From contig CDLV01000011.1 of assembly GCA_001244265.2 (NCBI GenBank), positions 868,001 through 932,000 of the forward strand: a DNA stretch of 64,000 bases, in the 5' to 3' direction. This document shows, in pieces, positions 60,106 to 64,000 of this stretch (positions are counted from its first letter, which is position 1; the number at the start of each line of letters is the position of its first letter). Below the pieces are notes generated by a model, which was given only the letters and a program-made list of their open reading frames with translations, had not been told where the DNA came from and did not search any database. A program made the translations under genes and the position numbers. The stretch comes from Microbotryum violaceum. Its lineage: Eukaryota.

Positions 60106-62849
60106 ATGATGAACGAACCGACGCCGACGTCGACCGCTCCTCTGTCTCGTACCTCGTCTTTCATCAAGCAGTACCCCGAACTGGACCCTCAGAACCACCT
60201 GCGCGTCTTGGACCAGCACCTGCGCGAAAGCGGCGGCTCGTGTAGCCTCACTCAGGCGCTGCACGACCACTTTAACTCGACCACCAATGGCCACAGCCAC
60301 GGGACCGGCAATAGTATCAATGGGCGCTCGAATAGGATCGTCACGCCCTTGTTGACCCCTCCTCTCTCACCTGCTGAATCATTTGGCGCTCTCTGTAAGT
60401 CCGAGCGGTCTGGGTTGGCTTGCTCGCGATTCTCCCACCCCGACCCCGAGCGACTGCCGACTGATTCCGAGCTGAATCTCTCTTTGCCTTGCTCATGCAG
60501 ACCCCGAACCTCCCCACCTCTCTCGACCGAGTTCACCTCATGGCTCTTCGTTCGTTTCTCTCCCCCCTGCGCTGTCCAAGACCAGCTCGATCGAGGATGA
60601 ACACGGTCATCATGCGTTGCCGACAACCCAGTTGATGGGCAAGCTGTCAATTGTCGTTGTCGAGGCCAAGAACCTGCGAGTCGAGTCGGGCAAGGAGAAG
60701 CCCTACGTGTTGTTGCAGGTGAGTATCCATCTACTTGGTCCTATACTCTAATTCGTGCTCATCATGCTCCACGGTTTGGCACGCGCTGCACCTGCCTCCT
60801 TTAGTACGACCGAACGGACTCGGTCGGCCGAGAATACGGAGCCCCACCACCGAACGTGAAGCCGCTGCTCGGCGTCCCGAAGCGTGGCGGGGGCATCAAC
60901 CGCCTCAACGGACATCCTCAGGGCCTTGATGGCAAGGGTCTTAACAGTGTACGACGCGTCGGGAGCAGCAGCAACGGCTCTGACCCGCACGACCCAACTT
61001 CCCCCCTCGGCGCGCGGCCTCCGAAATTGAATCGCCGCAGTACGACCGAGATGTCGACCTCGACCAGGATCGTTGATGACTCGCCCCCCGTTGGTGACCC
61101 CAAGGACATTGGTACGCCCACCGATCCAATCTGGAACCACAACGCCTCCTTCGATGTCATTGCTCCGGGCCGAACGATCCTTATCTGTGTCTACGACAAG
61201 CTCGCACCTCAGGGCGGGTTCCCGGCCCACGGCTTCTTAGGTGCCTCGGTCTTTGAAGCGCCATTGAGTGCCGAGACGGGTGAAGATGGTTTAGGTCTGG
61301 ATATTTGGGTTCCGTGAGTCAATATATCGGAGTGATGTGTTCTGTCCGCTGAGTGCTTATGAGCCTAGCACCTTTTCTCGACAGGCTCACGAGCGCGCTC
61401 GATCCCAATGTGGGTGGAGAAGTTCGCCTAAGGATCCTGTTCGAGAACCTTCATGTGGGTTTCCACGCTATCGCAGGCTTCGCCATCTGTGCTCTGAATA
61501 CTGACACTCTCGTTTGTGTTCTTGCCTCGCAGCTGAGGCCCAAGTTGACGGTCGACGACTTCCAAGTCTTGCGAAGGATCGGTCAAGGCAGCTTCGGTCA
61601 GGTGTTCCGAGTGCGCAAGAGGGACACCAAGCGTATCTGTAAGGCATCTTTCTAATATATGTTGTGGTAAGTACAGGTATACGATGCTAAACGTGCCGAA
61701 CTCACCACCAGATGCGATGAAGGTCATCTCAAAGAAAAACGTCGTTTCGCGCGAGGCGCTGGCCCAAGTCCTTGCCGAACGTCAAGTCCTGGCGCGAACC
61801 CTGGAATCGCCCTTCCTGGTCGGTCTCAAGTTCTCGTTCCAATCTACTACGGACCTCTTCTTCGTCATCGATTACAAGTCAGGCGGTGAGCTCTTTCAGC
61901 ACCTCCAAAAAGATGGTGGCAGGTTCGAGGAGAGTAAGACCAGGTTCTATGTAGCCGAGATCGTTCTGGGACTCGCGTGAGTGGAGCTGCGACGATCGTT
62001 CGCTAGGATGCCGTGCTTCTGACTTGGGAAACTTTCTGAACCGTGTCTTGCTGCAACAGGTATCTGCACAGCCAGAACATCGTCTATCGGGATCTGAAGC
62101 CCGAGAACTGCCTTCTCGACGGCTCCGGCCACGTCATCTTGTGCGACTTTGGATTATCCAAGCTGCTCGACTCACCCGAGGCCACGACTCGCACACTGTG
62201 CGGAACGGCGGCTTTTACTGCTCCAGAGGTCCTGCTCGACATCAAGTACAGCTTCCCGTGCGATTTCTGGTCCCTCGGATGCCTCGCGTACGAGATGTGC
62301 TATGGCTTCTCCCCCTTCTACGCCGAGAACCGAATCGAAGAGTACGAGCGCATCCTGTCGGGCGAGATCAAGATCCCCGCCAAGAAGGGCTACTCGCCCG
62401 AAGGTCGCGATCTGTTGCAGCGCCTGTTGACGCGTGAACCGAGTGAACGCATTTCCACCGACGGGATCCGATCCCATGCCTTCTTTGAATCGATCGACTG
62501 GACCAACCTCGCTCTGCGACAGGTCTCCCCACCGTTCAAGCCGCCGACTCATGCCGACGAGGACGCGTGCGATTATCACGATCTGGGGAGGTCGGGTCAT
62601 TGGATGTTTGACGAAATCAGGGGCTGCCACTCGGCGCGCGGCTCGTTGTCGGAAGCGAACGGGAATGGGAATAAAACCCCCGACGAGGATGTCGATGGTT
62701 TGTTCAGGAACTTCACCTTCACCGCCAAGGAGAAGGAGAAGGAGCTCGCGGCGAACAAGATGCTCGTAACCGAGCGCGCGAACGGGAACAAGGAGAAGAA
62801 GATCGTTGGTGCGCAAGCGAGGCGGTCAAGCTTTGACCTCATGCCCTGA
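60106..62849 (+). CDS. C2-domain AGC kinase, Sch9-like (divergent)
   Basis: C2 domain (GKLSIVVVEAKNL, PIWNHNASFDV); kinase motifs IGQGSFGQVFRVRKRDTKRI, YRDLKPEN and LCDFGLSK; PPFKP; hydrophobic motif FRNFTF. Confidence 0.88.
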
Positions 62850-63253
62850 TTGCGGGATCGTCGTCGTCACGTTATCGTCGAGTATCGAGAAGGAGGAAAC
62901 TGAGTGCTCGAGCCCTTCCCTACCATGTTGTACAAATTCCCCCATGTTCCAGCGACTTGTCCCCGTGTTGTCTCTACTGTGCTACTTATGCTACGAATCT
63001 TCTAATCACACCTGCGCTATGTTGTCGGATCTTATCCCATACTGTCCCATGTCTCGAATTATCTATCGTCTTTGCATTCGGTCTCTCGCAACATCATTAA
63101 GCCTTCCACTCCCGCCCCGTCGCCATGCATGCTTTGCGTCTTCCATTTCTTCACTTTACTTAAGCAGTATCGTTGAATTTACTAAAAGTGCTCCTGTGCG
63201 TTCCATTTGCATTCATTCATTACAACAAGCTTTGTGCTACTCGGGTATCGAGA

Positions 63254-64000
63254 TCACATCTGTGCGTTTTGAGAAGCGACGTCGTCGAACGCTGTCGATG
63301 TTGGGTGGTCGCAGGGACCAAGGGCCTTTTCAAAGTGAAGAGAGTGGGATGAGCATTCTTTCGAGAACGTGAAGCTGTCGATTGTGCGAGAGAAAAAGTA
63401 CTGACATCCATAGTGAACTCTCCTTTCGTCCGCCGTGTCGGTCCAGGCGCGGCCAAGAGTTTTGTCAATCTGAAATCCGTCGAAAAAAACAAGATCAGTC
63501 CTGTACAAACCGACATGTCAGATAGGGAAAGAATCCCTTCATCCACCTTTCTCCCTCCAAATCAAAGTACAACACGATCCTATAGAACTGCACCCCTTCA
63601 TTGACGGGGATCCAACTCTCCCCCAGTTGAGGGATCAACAAAGCCTCAGCATCCTTGTTCGACCCTCCGAATGTGGTCGGTTCACCATTCGGGTCGAAAA
63701 GCTTGAGTGCCAAGGCGGAGGTGAGTATTATGGTGAGTTTGTGCTGCAACGTTAGGCGGTGTATGAGGGAGTGCAACTGGGCGAGGATATAGGTTCGGGT
63801 TTGAGGGGTGAGGGAGGTCGGTCGCAGGTGCGAGGTCAGCGAGTCCAGTATTAGGAGTGTGACCTGCGGAGCGGGGGAGAGGGGGCGTTTGAGGCGATGC
63901 ACGGGGCGAAAGGGTGATTGAATGAGTCAGAAGATTTTATACCAGAAACATTGTGCTGATATAATTCCCCTGACCTTGGGGTGCTCTTCGAGCCATGCCG
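63254..64000 (-). CDS. Rad51/RecA-family paralog (Rad55/Rad51C-like), 3' part only
   Basis: Walker B-like LLILDSLTSHLR, IILTS, LIPQLGESW and RIVL. The last exon and the stop position are uncertain. Confidence 0.7.

Overview
Intron-rich fungal nuclear DNA, probably from a basidiomycete of the Pucciniomycotina/Microbotryomycetes type. This placement is inferred from intron signals, gene content and composition. A housekeeping backbone runs through the window: Lon/PIM1, EXO84, QCR2, a myosin-motor chitin synthase, a VPS9-domain GEF, BUD13, a GNAT, MPS1, mitochondrial IF3, NUP53, PP2A-B55/CDC55, tRNA-Pro(UGG), a Sch9-like kinase and a Rad51 paralog. Three accessory islands interrupt it. (1) 9.06-14.0 kb is a nested DNA-transposon-like structure with a 449-bp inverted repeat around a decayed RecQ-type helicase. 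(2) 22.2-27.1 kb is a tandem trio of F-box paralogs. The middle, dead copy carries a ~400-bp AT-rich insert in its intron. Read with TGA=Trp, the insert is a protein-primed family-B DNA polymerase fragment of mitochondrial linear-plasmid type, which the supplied ORF track mostly misses. (3) 48.97-58.5 kb is a head-to-tail stack of four L1/Tx1-like non-LTR retrotransposon copies from two families. The stack starts about 50-65 bp upstream of the tRNA gene with the 5' ends facing it, the geometry known for Dictyostelium TRE5. All calls come from reading the sequence by eye; no database searches were run.
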